Below, in pieces: positions 17,413 through 28,573 of a stretch of 64,000 bases of DNA (position 1 is its first letter; each line of letters opens with the position of its first letter). The DNA is from Patescibacteria group bacterium. GTDB lineage: Bacteria > Patescibacteriota > Patescibacteriia > UBA10025 > JAHIVO01. The notes beneath the pieces were generated by a model that was given only the letters and a program-made list of their open reading frames with translations, did no database searches and was not told the DNA's origin. The stretch is from contig JBAZWB010000001.1 of NCBI GenBank assembly GCA_041660605.1, positions 462,879 to 526,878 on the forward strand. The letters run 5' to 3'. A program made the translations under genes and the position numbers.

Positions 17413-17952
17413 ATGCAGACTGCAAGCCCAACACAAGATGATTTTCAGCACATCAAGGAGAAAATCGTTGATTATCTCTCGCGTCAGGGGTTTTCGGAGG
17501 CGAAATTAATACAGAAAATTACTAACCTGAAACGTTATTACCCGCACACCCGGCGGTACCAATTTTATACGCCAGAAAATATTCAAATAGTTATTGAAGA
17601 ATTAAAAACTCTCGGCCTGATTGATGATGAGAAATACTGCCGTGAGGTATTGCGGCATTTGCAGGACAGGAAAGACGGATTGTACCGGATCAAAGATAAA
17701 ATGCGCCGGCGCCTGATACCGCCTGCCATTATTGATAAAGTGTTGAATGAATGGAAGCAAACCGGCGTGGCGCAGGATTACACGGCCATTATCCGCGAGA
17801 CAAAAAGGAAATACGGGCGTCTCAAGGAAAAATTTCTGCTGCCAAAAGAGCAGTATGCGGTTAAGAGTAAGATGTACACTTTCCTTGCGCAGAAGGGGTA
17901 CGGGTCGGAGGAGATTAAGGAGATACTGCGCCAGGCAATGGCGGATGAATAA
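17413..17952 (+). CDS. recX: RecX family recombination regulator
   Basis: 179 aa, three-helix repeats, size and pattern typical of RecX. Confidence 0.65.
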   Translation: MQTASPTQDDFQHIKEKIVDYLSRQGFSEAKLIQKITNLKRYYPHTRRYQFYTPENIQIVIEELKTLGLIDDEKYCREVLRHLQDRKDGLYRIKDKMRRRLIPPAIIDKVLNEWKQTGVAQDYTAIIRETKRKYGRLKEKFLLPKEQYAVKSKMYTFLAQKGYGSEEIKEILRQAMADE

Positions 17953-18097
17953 GCTATTAATCATAGGCCTCGGCTTAGGACTTGATTTTTTATTTTCTGA
18001 AAACCCAGGCGGCAGGATGGAGTTGACTTACATAAGTAAATAGTGTAGGATAAATTGATTTTGAACATTAATATCCAAACAACAAGAGAGGTGTACG

Positions 18098-19609
18098 ATG
18101 AAATTGCGTTTAGTTTCCCTGGCCGTAGCCATGGCAGTCATGGTTATTATTTGCGGGTGCGAAAAGGCAACCCAGAACAAGGAGGCCGTTCCTGAACCGC
18201 GTTATGGATCGGTGGCGGTAAAAACAAATCCGTCTGGCATGACTTTTCGGGTGGATTATTCCCAGGAGGTGGATTATATCTCACCTGATACTTTGGATAG
18301 CGTGGAGGTCGGGACCCATACGCTGTCTATCCGGCAGGACGATTTTTTCTGGTCAACCGAGTTTGAGGTGGCCGAAGGCGTGACAACCGAGCTGACTATC
18401 GATTGCACTGCCACGCTGACTGTCCGGACCAACCCGCCCGGCGCGCAGGTAATTATCAACAAAGTTGCGACCGGCACGGTGACCCCATATACGGTTACTC
18501 AGTTTCCGAGTGAATATCGTGTTCGGCTGCTGCTGGCCGGCTACTATCCCGTATCATTTATCGTGAATGCGGAAATGGGGCAGGTGATTGATACGACTAT
18601 CAGTTTTATTACGGCGCCGGCTGGCCGTATCATTTACACCAGCGGTTCGTCTATTTACCTGGTCGGGCGTGACGGCCTAAATCCGCAGAAAGTCGCCGGT
18701 GACTATTGCGATTACCGCGAGCATTTCTACGAGAACCACGGCTTGTTCATAACGATGTCGCCGGATAAGCGCCATTTCGTTTATACGACAGCCGATTACC
18801 GCCTTAAAGTCGGCAGTATTGACGGCAGCCTGAGCAGGGTCATCACCGGTCTGACTGGCGTCGAAGACTATAACTGGTCTCACTCGGGGCGGTATATCGT
18901 CTATGGCGTCTATCTGGAAGGTATATTCCGGTACGACATCCAGCTAAACAAGACAGTCAGGCTTTTTGCCACTTCGGAGTACACGTACGACCATAATCCG
19001 GCCTACTCTCCAGATGATAGCCAGATCGTCTTCGTCCATAATGAGCTCGGCTCAAATGCTTGGTTACGGGTGATGAACGCTAATGGCGCAAATGCCCGGT
19101 CGGTTTCTGAAATGTTCAGAACGCAGCATGACGAATTCATCCGTCTGCGCTGGATTTCCGAGACGGTTATCCTGTACCAAACCAGGGGCGATCCAAAAGG
19201 AGTGTTTACACTCACCCCCGGTGCTGGAAGCGGTCTCATTGCCCCTGTCAGCGTCTTCCCGTTTCCGGAAAATGTGGCGTCGGTGTCGATCTCTGATGAT
19301 AATACGCGCTTCGCGTATGCGCAGGAATTGCCATGGCAGGGTTACAGCAGTTCTGTGCTGGTGCGCGGCGACGTGGGACCATGGACGCTTCAGCTAATCA
19401 GCGAGTGTCCGAAGGAATGGGATTATATTTATTGGGGTGGCGGCGATACCGGATTGCTATGCGCGACCAGAAGCAATATAATCATCGGGAGCAATATCTC
19501 TAATTACCGCATTATCAAATCCATTGACTGGGTAACGCTATCCGGCGAGTCATATCGCATCGTTGAGGAGTGCATGACGCCGATCGGTTATGGCGTGCCT
19601 GTTGATTGA
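18098..19609 (+). CDS. lipoprotein with PEGA domain and TolB-like beta-propeller
   Basis: Lipobox ICGC; PEGA-like TLTVRTNPPGAQVIINKVATGTVTPY; repeated YSPDxxxIVF propeller blades. Confidence 0.6.
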   Translation: MKLRLVSLAVAMAVMVIICGCEKATQNKEAVPEPRYGSVAVKTNPSGMTFRVDYSQEVDYISPDTLDSVEVGTHTLSIRQDDFFWSTEFEVAEGVTTELTIDCTATLTVRTNPPGAQVIINKVATGTVTPYTVTQFPSEYRVRLLLAGYYPVSFIVNAEMGQVIDTTISFITAPAGRIIYTSGSSIYLVGRDGLNPQKVAGDYCDYREHFYENHGLFITMSPDKRHFVYTTADYRLKVGSIDGSLSRVITGLTGVEDYNWSHSGRYIVYGVYLEGIFRYDIQLNKTVRLFATSEYTYDHNPAYSPDDSQIVFVHNELGSNAWLRVMNANGANARSVSEMFRTQHDEFIRLRWISETVILYQTRGDPKGVFTLTPGAGSGLIAPVSVFPFPENVASVSISDDNTRFAYAQELPWQGYSSSVLVRGDVGPWTLQLISECPKEWDYIYWGGGDTGLLCATRSNIIIGSNISNYRIIKSIDWVTLSGESYRIVEECMTPIGYGVPVD

Positions 19610-19630
19610 ACCAAATCTTTGATCATTTTT

Positions 19631-19660
19631 CCCTCCCAGGGCTTGCTCTGGGAGTTTTTT
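19631..19660 (+). terminator. rho-independent terminator
   Basis: CTCCCAGGGCTTGCTCTGGGAG followed by TTTTTTTATT. Confidence 0.6.
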
Positions 19661-19679
19661 TATTAAAAAAAGTGCTGCC

Positions 19680-19830
19680 CCACAATCTTGTCATTGCGAG
19701 GAACGACCCTGAACTTTGTTCAGGGGAGTGACGTGGCAATCTTTATGCCGTTAGAATAAGGTCATAAAGACTCTTCGCTCCACTTCGTTTCGCTCTGAGT
19801 GATGGCGGGTGGGAGGTGCGATTGCTTTTT
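19680..19830. repeat. imperfect palindromic repeat cluster (GTCATTGCGAGGAACGAC..., CTCTGAGTGA, CTTCGCTCC motifs)
   Basis: Shares short motifs with 35205-35460; both lie just downstream of + strand genes. Confidence 0.4.
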
Positions 19831-19856
19831 TATGTGAATAATTCTATTATTAGAAC

Positions 19857-20624
19857 ATGTTTAAGAGGGGAATAATCATCCTAGAAATTTTGCTACTCTG
19901 TCTGCCATTGGCAGCCAAGGCTGACGTCGGCCCAAAACCGTCGGCTGATTTTTCATTCACTTTCCAGATCCCCACGCGACCGACGATAGTGAGTGCGGCC
20001 CTGTATGAATGCCAGGACCCTCTTTGCGCTAAAAGTGAGCCATTAAAAGATGTAGGGCCGCAGCGCATGACCTGCGACCAGAATTCCTGCAGTTCTATGG
20101 CTTACGGATATAATGATTATCAAAAACTGGTGGTGGAATTTTCCGACAAAGCAATGCGTACCAGCGATGTTTTCCAGTCCGCTAAATCAATGCACGCCAG
20201 TTATACGGTAAATGTTTATGATACTTACCTGAAGGTGGAAAATAGCAATCCGATATCTGGCGCTGAAGCCGGATGGGGATTAATAAGCATTTTTGGTGCT
20301 CTGGCTTCAATAACTATTATTATTGAATTAATAGTCAGCACGGTCTATTTATTGTTAATCCGATTCCGTGGCAAGCAGTTGCTGAAAATGCTGGGTATCG
20401 TTATTTTGGCCAACATTATTTCAACTGCCATTTTTTATACGGCCTACTGGCTTCTCAATGGGGGAATGGCCGTTTATATTATCGGAGAAATAGGCGTGGT
20501 TATTATTGAGGCGTTTGCCCTGTTTTATTTTTCCAAGAAATCTTTTTCACTCAAGCGCGCGTTTATTCTTTCATTGTTAATGAATGTCTTTAGCGCGGTG
20601 GTTGGGTTGACGTTATTTATTTAG
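19857..20624 (+). CDS. membrane protein, unknown function
   Basis: Signal peptide, Cys-rich ectodomain, C-terminal TM helices. Confidence 0.45.
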   Translation: MFKRGIIILEILLLCLPLAAKADVGPKPSADFSFTFQIPTRPTIVSAALYECQDPLCAKSEPLKDVGPQRMTCDQNSCSSMAYGYNDYQKLVVEFSDKAMRTSDVFQSAKSMHASYTVNVYDTYLKVENSNPISGAEAGWGLISIFGALASITIIIELIVSTVYLLLIRFRGKQLLKMLGIVILANIISTAIFYTAYWLLNGGMAVYIIGEIGVVIIEAFALFYFSKKSFSLKRAFILSLLMNVFSAVVGLTLFI

Positions 20625-20745
20625 CTGGCATTTTAATTCAATTGGCCTTGTCCGCCGCAGCCTAAAAGGCGAAAGCGGGGGAGCTTGATTTTATGCGGAA
20701 AAAATGGGAAAATATAATCAAGATTAAACAATTTTTTATTTAGAA

Positions 20746-22302
20746 ATGCCCCAAAAAACTACAAAAAAATCCAACGGCACGAACGCCGGCTTTGAAGCGA
20801 CTCTCTGGGCCGCAGCTGACAAAATGCGCAATAACATGGATCCGGGTGAATATAAGCACGTGGTTCTTGGTTTGATTTTTATCAAGTACATTTCCGACGC
20901 TTTTGAAGAGATTTACAACAAAATCAAAGCTGATCCTGACCACTACGAAGGTCAAGAAGAAGATAGAGACGCATACACGTCGGAAAGTGTCTTCTGGGTG
21001 CCACAAGATGCACGTTGGGAATATTTGAAATCAAATGCCAAGAAGCCAGAAATCGGCAAGCTTGTTGACGATGCAATGGTTGCAATTGAGAAAGACAACC
21101 CCAGCCTAAAAGGAGTTCTCCCAAAAAGTTATGCCCGTCCTGACTTAGACAAAGTTCGGCTTGGCGAGTTAATCGACCTCATCAGCACCATCGGCCTCGG
21201 CGATAAAGAAAGTCGAAGTAAAGATATTCTTGGTGGCGTCTATGAGTATTTCCTCGGACGGTTTGCTTCTGCCGAAGGTAAGGGCGGTGGTGAATACTTT
21301 ACTCCAAAATCTGTTGTGAAATTGCTCGTGGAAATGCTCGAGCCATACAAAGGCCGCGTCTACGACCCCTGTTGCGGTTCAGGCGGCATGTTTGTGCAAA
21401 GTGAAAAATTCGTTGAAACACACGGTGGCAGCAGGCACGACCTCGCAATTTATGGACAGGAATCAAACCCGACCACTTGGCGCCTGTGTAAAATGAACTT
21501 GGCCATTCGCGGAATCGAAGGCGACCTTGGGCCTCATAACGCCGACACATTTCACAATGATTTACATAAAGAGCTCAAAGCTGATTACATTCTCGCCAAT
21601 CCGCCATTCAATATCAGCGACTGGGGCGGTGAGAGATTGAAAGACGATGTCCGCTGGAGTCTTGGCGTGCCGCCTGCAGGTAATGCCAACTACGGCTGGA
21701 TTCAGCATATGGTGCATCATTTAGCCACTACTGGTATCGCTGGGTTTGTCTTGGCAAATGGCTCACTGTCGTCAAACACATCTGGTGAAGGGGAGATACG
21801 AAAAAAGATGATCGAAAAAGGCCTGGTGGACTGTATCGTCGCTATGCCAAGTCAGCTTTTCTACACCACGCAAATTCCTGCGTGTTTGTGGTTTGTTTCA
21901 CGGGAGCGGCACGACCACAAATTCCGCGACCGACATGATGAAATTCTATTCATTGACGCTCGTAAAATGGGGACAATGATCACGCGTAAAAATAGGGAAT
22001 TAACCACAGAAGATATTGAAAAAATATCTGGCGTCTACCACGACTGGCGCAATAAAAAGGGTAACTATAAAGACGTTAAGGGTTTTTGCAAAGCAGCGAA
22101 AATTGAGGAAGTTGAAAAAGCCGGATTTGTACTCACCCCCGGCCGTTATGTTGGCACGGATTATGTGGAAGAAGATGACGGTACTTTTGAAGAGAAAATG
22201 ACAAAATTGACGAAGGAATTATCTGGTCAATTCAAGCAGTCAAAAGAACTTGAGGAAAGGGTGAAGAAAAACCTCAAAGATATCGGCTATGAAATCAAAT
22301 AA
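20746..22302 (+). CDS. hsdM: Type I restriction-modification system methyltransferase subunit
   Basis: HsdM N-terminal domain plus N6-MTase motifs ([13 protein letters not shown] in [12 protein letters not shown]). Confidence 0.9.
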   Translation: MPQKTTKKSNGTNAGFEATLWAAADKMRNNMDPGEYKHVVLGLIFIKYISDAFEEIYNKIKADPDHYEGQEEDRDAYTSESVFWVPQDARWEYLKSNAKKPEIGKLVDDAMVAIEKDNPSLKGVLPKSYARPDLDKVRLGELIDLISTIGLGDKESRSKDILGGVYEYFLGRFASAEGKGGGEYFTPKSVVKLLVEMLEPYKGRVYDPCCGSGGMFVQSEKFVETHGGSRHDLAIYGQESNPTTWRLCKMNLAIRGIEGDLGPHNADTFHNDLHKELKADYILANPPFNISDWGGERLKDDVRWSLGVPPAGNANYGWIQHMVHHLATTGIAGFVLANGSLSSNTSGEGEIRKKMIEKGLVDCIVAMPSQLFYTTQIPACLWFVSRERHDHKFRDRHDEILFIDARKMGTMITRKNRELTTEDIEKISGVYHDWRNKKGNYKDVKGFCKAAKIEEVEKAGFVLTPGRYVGTDYVEEDDGTFEEKMTKLTKELSGQFKQSKELEERVKKNLKDIGYEIK

Positions 22303-23251
22303 AGTTTTAGTAATCTTTGAGACGAATATTATTAGAAATCCGAAATATAATTTTGGCGAAATAGATTTTGGATCGGATTTTGGCTCAGTACGAGAATATG
22401 TAAGAAATAATGAACTAACAAATCTTGTTGATTTCGCAATTGCACAGATGAGTATCGACGAACTATCTTATGGAAGGCAAGCAGAATATCAGAGTGATAA
22501 GGGGAAGCTTTTTGAGTTAAGTAGCAGAATGAATGGCGTGCCAGGATTTAAAATTATTAATCCGCAAGATGATTTTCAGTTTCCCACATTTTATAGGGGG
22601 CATGTTAATAAATTTATTAAACGAAATAAGTTGATCATAATTGGGTATCCTCCAAAAATAGTCTTTAGTAATGTAATTCTAAGAAGTTTAGAGAAGCGCC
22701 CGCCTTTTTTGGTGTCAAATCAACATTCTGATTATGGGTTTAAAGATGTAATCATTTGGGAATCGATTTTATGCTTTAAGTCAATACGAAAATATAATAA
22801 AGTTGTTTTATTTACAAATGATTTAGGATTTGAAAGTCAATGCGAAAAAGAATTTTCAAAAGTTCACCCGTGTTACTTTAAAATTTGTAAAGATTTCGAG
22901 AGTGTTATTAAAGAACTTGAAGTAAGTGAGGGTATCAAAGTTGCGATTGAGGGTGACACTGATATAGCGGACGATGAGCGCACGGAACTTATAGCGCTGG
23001 TGTATTCAGATTATTTTATTTCAAGTTTAACTAACTTTATTAAAGAAAGTATAAAAATTGATGAAGGTAGATCTATTGAGCTTTTGAGTCCGATGACTAA
23101 TTCTGAAGACAATATTATTGACGATGAAGTCGTTGGAAAAATTATTTATTCCAAAGCCAGGGTTAAAGTTGATGGTGAAATAAAGAGAATTAATATTAAA
23201 ACTGTTCTTGATGATGCTAATGGCATAGAAAGTCATGAGATATATGAATAA
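22289..23251 (+). CDS. unknown protein with predicted PIN-like N-terminal domain, embedded between hsdM and hsdS
   Basis: Pattern [11 protein letters not shown] ... DVIIWESIL ... VLFTNDLGF resembles the PIN acidic-residue layout; overlaps hsdM by 14 nt and hsdS by 17 nt; very AT-rich. Confidence 0.45.
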   Translation: MKSNKVLVIFETNIIRNPKYNFGEIDFGSDFGSVREYVRNNELTNLVDFAIAQMSIDELSYGRQAEYQSDKGKLFELSSRMNGVPGFKIINPQDDFQFPTFYRGHVNKFIKRNKLIIIGYPPKIVFSNVILRSLEKRPPFLVSNQHSDYGFKDVIIWESILCFKSIRKYNKVVLFTNDLGFESQCEKEFSKVHPCYFKICKDFESVIKELEVSEGIKVAIEGDTDIADDERTELIALVYSDYFISSLTNFIKESIKIDEGRSIELLSPMTNSEDNIIDDEVVGKIIYSKARVKVDGEIKRINIKTVLDDANGIESHEIYE

Positions 23252-24392
23252 AACGAGCGCAAAATCTATTAAGTCGGAAACGGAGTATTACCCAGATGGG
23301 TGGAAACTGAATATAATTGGGGATTTTTTATCACTAGAATATGGCAAAGGACTAAAAGAAGATCTGCGAAAGCCGGGTAAGGTTCCTGTGTATGGTTCGA
23401 ATGGTGTTGTTGGTTATCATAATGAACAAATGGTAGATGGTCCAGGAATTATTGTTGGAAGGAAGGGGAGTGCGGGGGAGGTTATTTTTTCTAAAAAAGG
23501 ATTTTTCCCAATTGATACAACATATTTTGTTAAAACTAATTTAGATAAAAGCTATATATATTATTTGTTAAAAAACCTTGACCTTAAAAAATTTGTTGGT
23601 AGTAGCGCAGTCCCTGGTTTAAATAGGAATGATGTTTATTCTCAAATAGTAGCAATACCCAAAGCGGAAAACGAACAACAAAAAATCGCCGAAATACTTT
23701 CTTCCCTCGACGACAAAATAGAGCTCAACCGGCAGATGAATGCAACCTTAGAAAAAATCGCCAGTACACTTTTCAAAAAATGGTTTGTGGATATTGGTGA
23801 TGAGTTGCCAAAGGGGTGGAAGAAAGGTGCAATCAGCGATTTCGGAAGTGTCATATGCGGGAAGACACCACCAAAATCGGTAAAGGAGTATTTTGGTGGC
23901 AATTTTCCTTTTATTAAAATACCCGATATGCATGGGAGTCCTTTTATCTTTATTACAGAAGATAGTCTTTCTGAGATGGGGATGAATTTTCAAAAAAATA
24001 AGGTAATCCCAGCTGGTTCTATTTGTGTAAGTTGTATTGCTACAGTTGGCTTAGTAAGTATGACGACCGTTAATTCGCAAACCAATCAGCAAATTAATTC
24101 GATTGTTCCTTCGGAGAAGTATTATCAGTTTTATCTATACGAAACATTTAAAAATATTAGTGGACTACTGCAAAGAATGGGTAGTAGTGGTTCTGCAACA
24201 CTAAATGTGAATACAACCTCTTTTTCCGCTATAGAAATATTAAGACCCACTGACGCAGCCCTAGAAAAATTCGACAGAATTGTAAGGCCATTTTTTGATC
24301 AAATAAAACATAATTTACAAGAAAATATCAATTTATCAATTCTTAGAGACTCACTTTTGCCTCGTTTAATGAGCGGAAGGATTAGGGTATGA
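23235..24392 (+). CDS. hsdS: Type I restriction-modification system specificity subunit
   Basis: Two target-recognition domains separated by conserved IPKAENEQQKIAEILSSLDDKIELNRQ; C-terminal LPRLMSG. Confidence 0.85.
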   Translation: MRYMNKTSAKSIKSETEYYPDGWKLNIIGDFLSLEYGKGLKEDLRKPGKVPVYGSNGVVGYHNEQMVDGPGIIVGRKGSAGEVIFSKKGFFPIDTTYFVKTNLDKSYIYYLLKNLDLKKFVGSSAVPGLNRNDVYSQIVAIPKAENEQQKIAEILSSLDDKIELNRQMNATLEKIASTLFKKWFVDIGDELPKGWKKGAISDFGSVICGKTPPKSVKEYFGGNFPFIKIPDMHGSPFIFITEDSLSEMGMNFQKNKVIPAGSICVSCIATVGLVSMTTVNSQTNQQINSIVPSEKYYQFYLYETFKNISGLLQRMGSSGSATLNVNTTSFSAIEILRPTDAALEKFDRIVRPFFDQIKHNLQENINLSILRDSLLPRLMSGRIRV

Positions 24393-25210
24393 TATTTTTA
24401 CGATATTTTATTAAAAGATATTGGTCATATATTATCAACGTTTGTGTTGGCATTTTTTCACTTTTAGCACCATTTATTTTTCCATTTCCAAAAAATATCT
24501 TTGGCGTTGAGTTGTCATTAGGAATATATCTTTCTGTTTTTTCATTATTTTTAGCATTTATTTTGTCTCTATTCCTAGCCTCCAGACCGAAAAAATTATT
24601 TCATATTTCTTTAACAAGTAGAAAACATGGTGATTTGTGGGTTGGCAATGGGACCTTTGACTATGACCGAGAACGTAAGACGCATTTCATTACCAATTCA
24701 TTTTATGGCTTTATTTTCCCACCAGCACTTAATTTAGTTGATTATAAAGTAACCTTTGAATTTAAGATTGCAACGTCGTGCCTTGGTGTAATTGTCCGGG
24801 CAGTAAATTCATACGATTTCATAATGCTACAAATTGAGAAGCAGGGCATTAACCCACATGTATTTTTGAATGGTGCTTGGCAACGATTTGAACATTCAGC
24901 GACAAATCTTTCATTTGTTCCTATGATAAATGAGGATAAATGGTATAAGGTCACAATATGTTGTTTAAAAAAGAAAATTTCCATTCAAATGATAGATTTT
25001 GATTTTAATCGCGAATGGCAAATTCCACAAACAATAGTTCTTAATTTTCCAAAAGGTAAACCTAAAGATAAAATACCGGGCGAAGAAATTCAAGTTGAGG
25101 AAGTTACACCAATATATTTACCTGTGAATTTAGATATTGGCACTATTGGTTTCAGGAACGCAGGTCAAGAAAAAGCGTATATAAAAAATGTTTATATTGA
25201 ATCAATTTAA
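24389..25210 (+). CDS. membrane-anchored protein of unknown function embedded between hsdS and hsdR (possible jelly-roll/LamG-like domain)
   Basis: Two N-terminal TM helices, then a ~200-aa soluble domain (YKVTFEFKIATSCLGVIVRAVNSYDFIMLQIE); ATGA overlap with hsdS. Confidence 0.45.
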   Translation: MIFLRYFIKRYWSYIINVCVGIFSLLAPFIFPFPKNIFGVELSLGIYLSVFSLFLAFILSLFLASRPKKLFHISLTSRKHGDLWVGNGTFDYDRERKTHFITNSFYGFIFPPALNLVDYKVTFEFKIATSCLGVIVRAVNSYDFIMLQIEKQGINPHVFLNGAWQRFEHSATNLSFVPMINEDKWYKVTICCLKKKISIQMIDFDFNREWQIPQTIVLNFPKGKPKDKIPGEEIQVEEVTPIYLPVNLDIGTIGFRNAGQEKAYIKNVYIESI

Positions 25211-25219
25211 TTAAGTTAC

Positions 25220-28200
25220 ATGTCATATAAAAAATACACCGAATCTGATTTAGAAAACGCAATCCTTGAATGGCTTGAGGAGTTAGGGCACTCGGTTATA
25301 TTTGGTCCAAATATTGCTTTTGATGGCGAATCGCCAGAACGCAAAACATATCAAGATATTGTTTTAGTTGAACGGCTGCGGGCTGCTGTCCAGCGAATCA
25401 ATGCTGAAATTCCTCATGAAGCGCGAGAAGAGGCAATAAAAAAAGTGGTTAACGCTGCGTATTCTAGCCCGAGCCCGATGGTTACCAATCGTGAGTTTCA
25501 TAGAATGTTGGTTGAAGGTGTTGATGTTGAATACCGACGTAAAGATGGGTCAATTGCAGGGGATAGAGTTTTACTTATTGATAAAGAGAAGCTAGGAAAC
25601 AATGACTGGCTGGCTGTGAATCAGTACACGGTCATTGAGAATAATCACAATCGACGGCCTGATGTGGTGGTGTTTGTGAATGGTTTGCCGTTGGTGGTGT
25701 TTGAGCTCAAAAATCCAGCGGATGAATATGCCAAAATTCAGGGTGCATTCAATCAGATTCAAACATACAAAAACGAGATTTCATCACTTTTTACTTATAA
25801 TGCATTTTGCGTAATTGTTGACCACGTGAAAAATGGGCTGGTGGGTACTATATCGGCAAACATGGATCGATTCATGAGCTGGAAAAGTGTTGATGGCCAG
25901 AAAGTTATTAAGAGTAATGATGTTGAGACACTGATAAAAGGAATGTTTGATAAGCAGCGTTTGCTGGATATTGTTTCGAATTTTATTGTATTTGAAGATG
26001 AAAAAGATTCTAAGAATAACGTCAATAGAACCACCAAGAAGCTCGCAGCGTATCACCAGTATTTTGCGGTAAATAAAGCTGTTGAGCGAACGGTTGTAGC
26101 GACATCGCCAGACGGTGATAGAAGGGCAGGGGTGGTGTGGCATACGCAAGGGTCAGGCAAGAGTTTGAGCATGGTGTTCTATGCCGGGAAGATTATCCAG
26201 CGGCTAGATAACCCAACGCTTGTACTACTTACCGACCGGAATGACTTAGATGGCCAGCTTTTCGGCGTGTTTTCCGGCTGCCATGATTTAGTTCGTCAAA
26301 CTCCAATGCAGGCAGATAATCGAGCACATTTAAAGACTCTGCTCAATGTGGCATCGGGCGGTGTTGTATTTACAACCATTCAAAAGTTTTTCCCTGAAGA
26401 TAAATTTGAAAAGCATCCATTACTTTCAGACCGCAAAAACATAGTCGTGATTGCTGATGAGGCGCACCGGAGCCAGTATGATTTTATTGACGGATTTGCG
26501 CGGCACATGCACGATGCTTTACCTAATGCATCGTTTATTGGCTTTACTGGTACGCCGATTGAACTATCCGATAAAAATACCCGGGCGGTGTTTGGAGAAT
26601 ACGTAGACGTGTATGATATTATTCGCGCGGTGAATGATAAAGCGACGGTGCCGATTTACTACGAAGCGCGGTTGGCAAAAATCGAGCTCATTAAAGCAGT
26701 CACGCCGACAATTGATAAGGATTTTGAAGAGCTGACCGAAGGTGAAGAGGTAGCAAAGAAAGAAAAACTCAAGAGTAAGTGGGCGCGGCTTGAAGCAATG
26801 ATTGGTTCCGAAAAGCGCATCGCCTTAATTGCTCGTGATATCATTGATCATTTTGAAGCGCGATGTTTTGCAATGGAAGGCAAGGGGATGATTGTGGCCA
26901 TGAGCCGAAGAATTGCAGTTGAATTGTATGAAGAAATTATTAAACTTCGGCCACAGTGGGCAAATACTGATTTACGAAAAGGTTTTATTAAAGTAGTAAT
27001 GACCGGATCAGCGAGCGACCCCGAAAATTACCAGCAACATATTCATACTAAAGATGATCGTGATGTTTTAGCGACTCGCATGAAAGATCCATCAGATGAA
27101 TTAAAGCTGGTGATTGTACGAGATATGTGGCTGACTGGTTTTGATGTGCCCTCACTTCATACGATGTATGTAGATAAACCGATGAAAGGGCATGGTCTGA
27201 TGCAGGCAATCGCACGTGTAAACCGAGTGTTTAAAGACAAACCAGGCGGATTGATTGTTGATTATCTTGGTATAGCGCCATCTTTGAAAGAGGCGGTTGC
27301 ACAGTATACGCAAGAAGGAAAAGAAGAGCCAACAATTGATCAAGAAGAGGCGGTGAGTGTTATGTTGAGTAAGTACGAGGTGGTGAAGGATATGTATCAT
27401 GAATTTGATTATAAGCAGTACTTTTCTGGTAAAGCCAAGGATAAAGCCGAGGTGGCTGGAAAGGCAATGGATTATATCCTGGGTTTAAGTGACGGGAAGA
27501 AACGCTATTTGCAAGCAGTAGCAGAATTATCTCAGGCCTTTGCCTTGTCTGTTCCAAATAGCGAAGCGTTGCGAATTCGTGATGAGGTAGCGTTTTTTCA
27601 AACTGTACGAGAATTTATTGCTTCATTTGAAAAAGGTGGTGGTTTGGGTGGGCCAACAATGGACGACTATGATCAGGCGATAAAGCAGCTCGTCGCTGGA
27701 GCGGTCGTATCAGATGAGGTAATTAATATTTTCAGTGCAGCTGGTTTGAAGACTCCAGACATTTCAATTCTTTCTGATGAATTTTTGAAAGAGGTGAAGA
27801 ATTTGAAACGAAAGAACGTTGCATTTGAGTTATTGAAAAAGTTGCTTAATGACGAAATTCGCTCCATGGAAAAGAAGTTTTTGGTAAAGTCGCGGTCATT
27901 CGCCAAAATGCTTGAAGAAACTATTAAGAAGTATCAAAATCAAACAATTGAAGTTGCGCAAGTTATTGCTGAGTTGGTTGATTTAGCTAAAAAGATTCGC
28001 GAAGAAAAGGGGAGAGGTGAAAATCTTAATCTTACTGAAGATGAGGTGTCATTTTATGACGCTCTTTGTGACAATGAGAGCGCTGTTCGCGAACTTGGCG
28101 ACGAAACACTGAAGAAGATTGCTCATGAACTCGTTTCGATGCTACGCAAAAATACTTCGATTGACTGGACACTCAAAGAACAGGTAAGGGCAAAATTACG

Positions 28201-28318
28201 AGTTTATGTGAAGAAGTTATTGAACAAGTTCAAATATCCGCCAGATAAACAAGAGGGAGCAACCAAGACAGTTTTAGAGCAAGCAGAAATTTTGTGTAAG
28301 GATTGGAGTGGGGAGTAA
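25220..28318 (+). CDS. hsdR: Type I restriction enzyme R subunit
   Basis: 1032 aa; helicase motif [13 protein letters not shown], motif [12 protein letters not shown]; HsdR N- and C-terminal architecture. Confidence 0.9.
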   Translation: MSYKKYTESDLENAILEWLEELGHSVIFGPNIAFDGESPERKTYQDIVLVERLRAAVQRINAEIPHEAREEAIKKVVNAAYSSPSPMVTNREFHRMLVEGVDVEYRRKDGSIAGDRVLLIDKEKLGNNDWLAVNQYTVIENNHNRRPDVVVFVNGLPLVVFELKNPADEYAKIQGAFNQIQTYKNEISSLFTYNAFCVIVDHVKNGLVGTISANMDRFMSWKSVDGQKVIKSNDVETLIKGMFDKQRLLDIVSNFIVFEDEKDSKNNVNRTTKKLAAYHQYFAVNKAVERTVVATSPDGDRRAGVVWHTQGSGKSLSMVFYAGKIIQRLDNPTLVLLTDRNDLDGQLFGVFSGCHDLVRQTPMQADNRAHLKTLLNVASGGVVFTTIQKFFPEDKFEKHPLLSDRKNIVVIADEAHRSQYDFIDGFARHMHDALPNASFIGFTGTPIELSDKNTRAVFGEYVDVYDIIRAVNDKATVPIYYEARLAKIELIKAVTPTIDKDFEELTEGEEVAKKEKLKSKWARLEAMIGSEKRIALIARDIIDHFEARCFAMEGKGMIVAMSRRIAVELYEEIIKLRPQWANTDLRKGFIKVVMTGSASDPENYQQHIHTKDDRDVLATRMKDPSDELKLVIVRDMWLTGFDVPSLHTMYVDKPMKGHGLMQAIARVNRVFKDKPGGLIVDYLGIAPSLKEAVAQYTQEGKEEPTIDQEEAVSVMLSKYEVVKDMYHEFDYKQYFSGKAKDKAEVAGKAMDYILGLSDGKKRYLQAVAELSQAFALSVPNSEALRIRDEVAFFQTVREFIASFEKGGGLGGPTMDDYDQAIKQLVAGAVVSDEVINIFSAAGLKTPDISILSDEFLKEVKNLKRKNVAFELLKKLLNDEIRSMEKKFLVKSRSFAKMLEETIKKYQNQTIEVAQVIAELVDLAKKIREEKGRGENLNLTEDEVSFYDALCDNESAVRELGDETLKKIAHELVSMLRKNTSIDWTLKEQVRAKLRVYVKKLLNKFKYPPDKQEGATKTVLEQAEILCKDWSGE

Positions 28319-28573
28319 AAAGTTTCAAAAATACAAAAACAAATTTCCCTTCAAAACAAAAAAGTTAAATAGACTGGAAAGTAATTACCAATTTCCAATT
28401 TATCAAATATCAAACCCCGAACAGTTGCTCGTTGCACTCGCAACTTACGGGGCAGGCAAATACCAATAATCAAATTTCAATAAATAGCCAATACTCAATG
28501 CTGGAATGGGCAGAAAGCTATAGGTTGGGGGTTAGATAGAGGGGAGACAGATAAAACATTAGGTTTAGGCATG

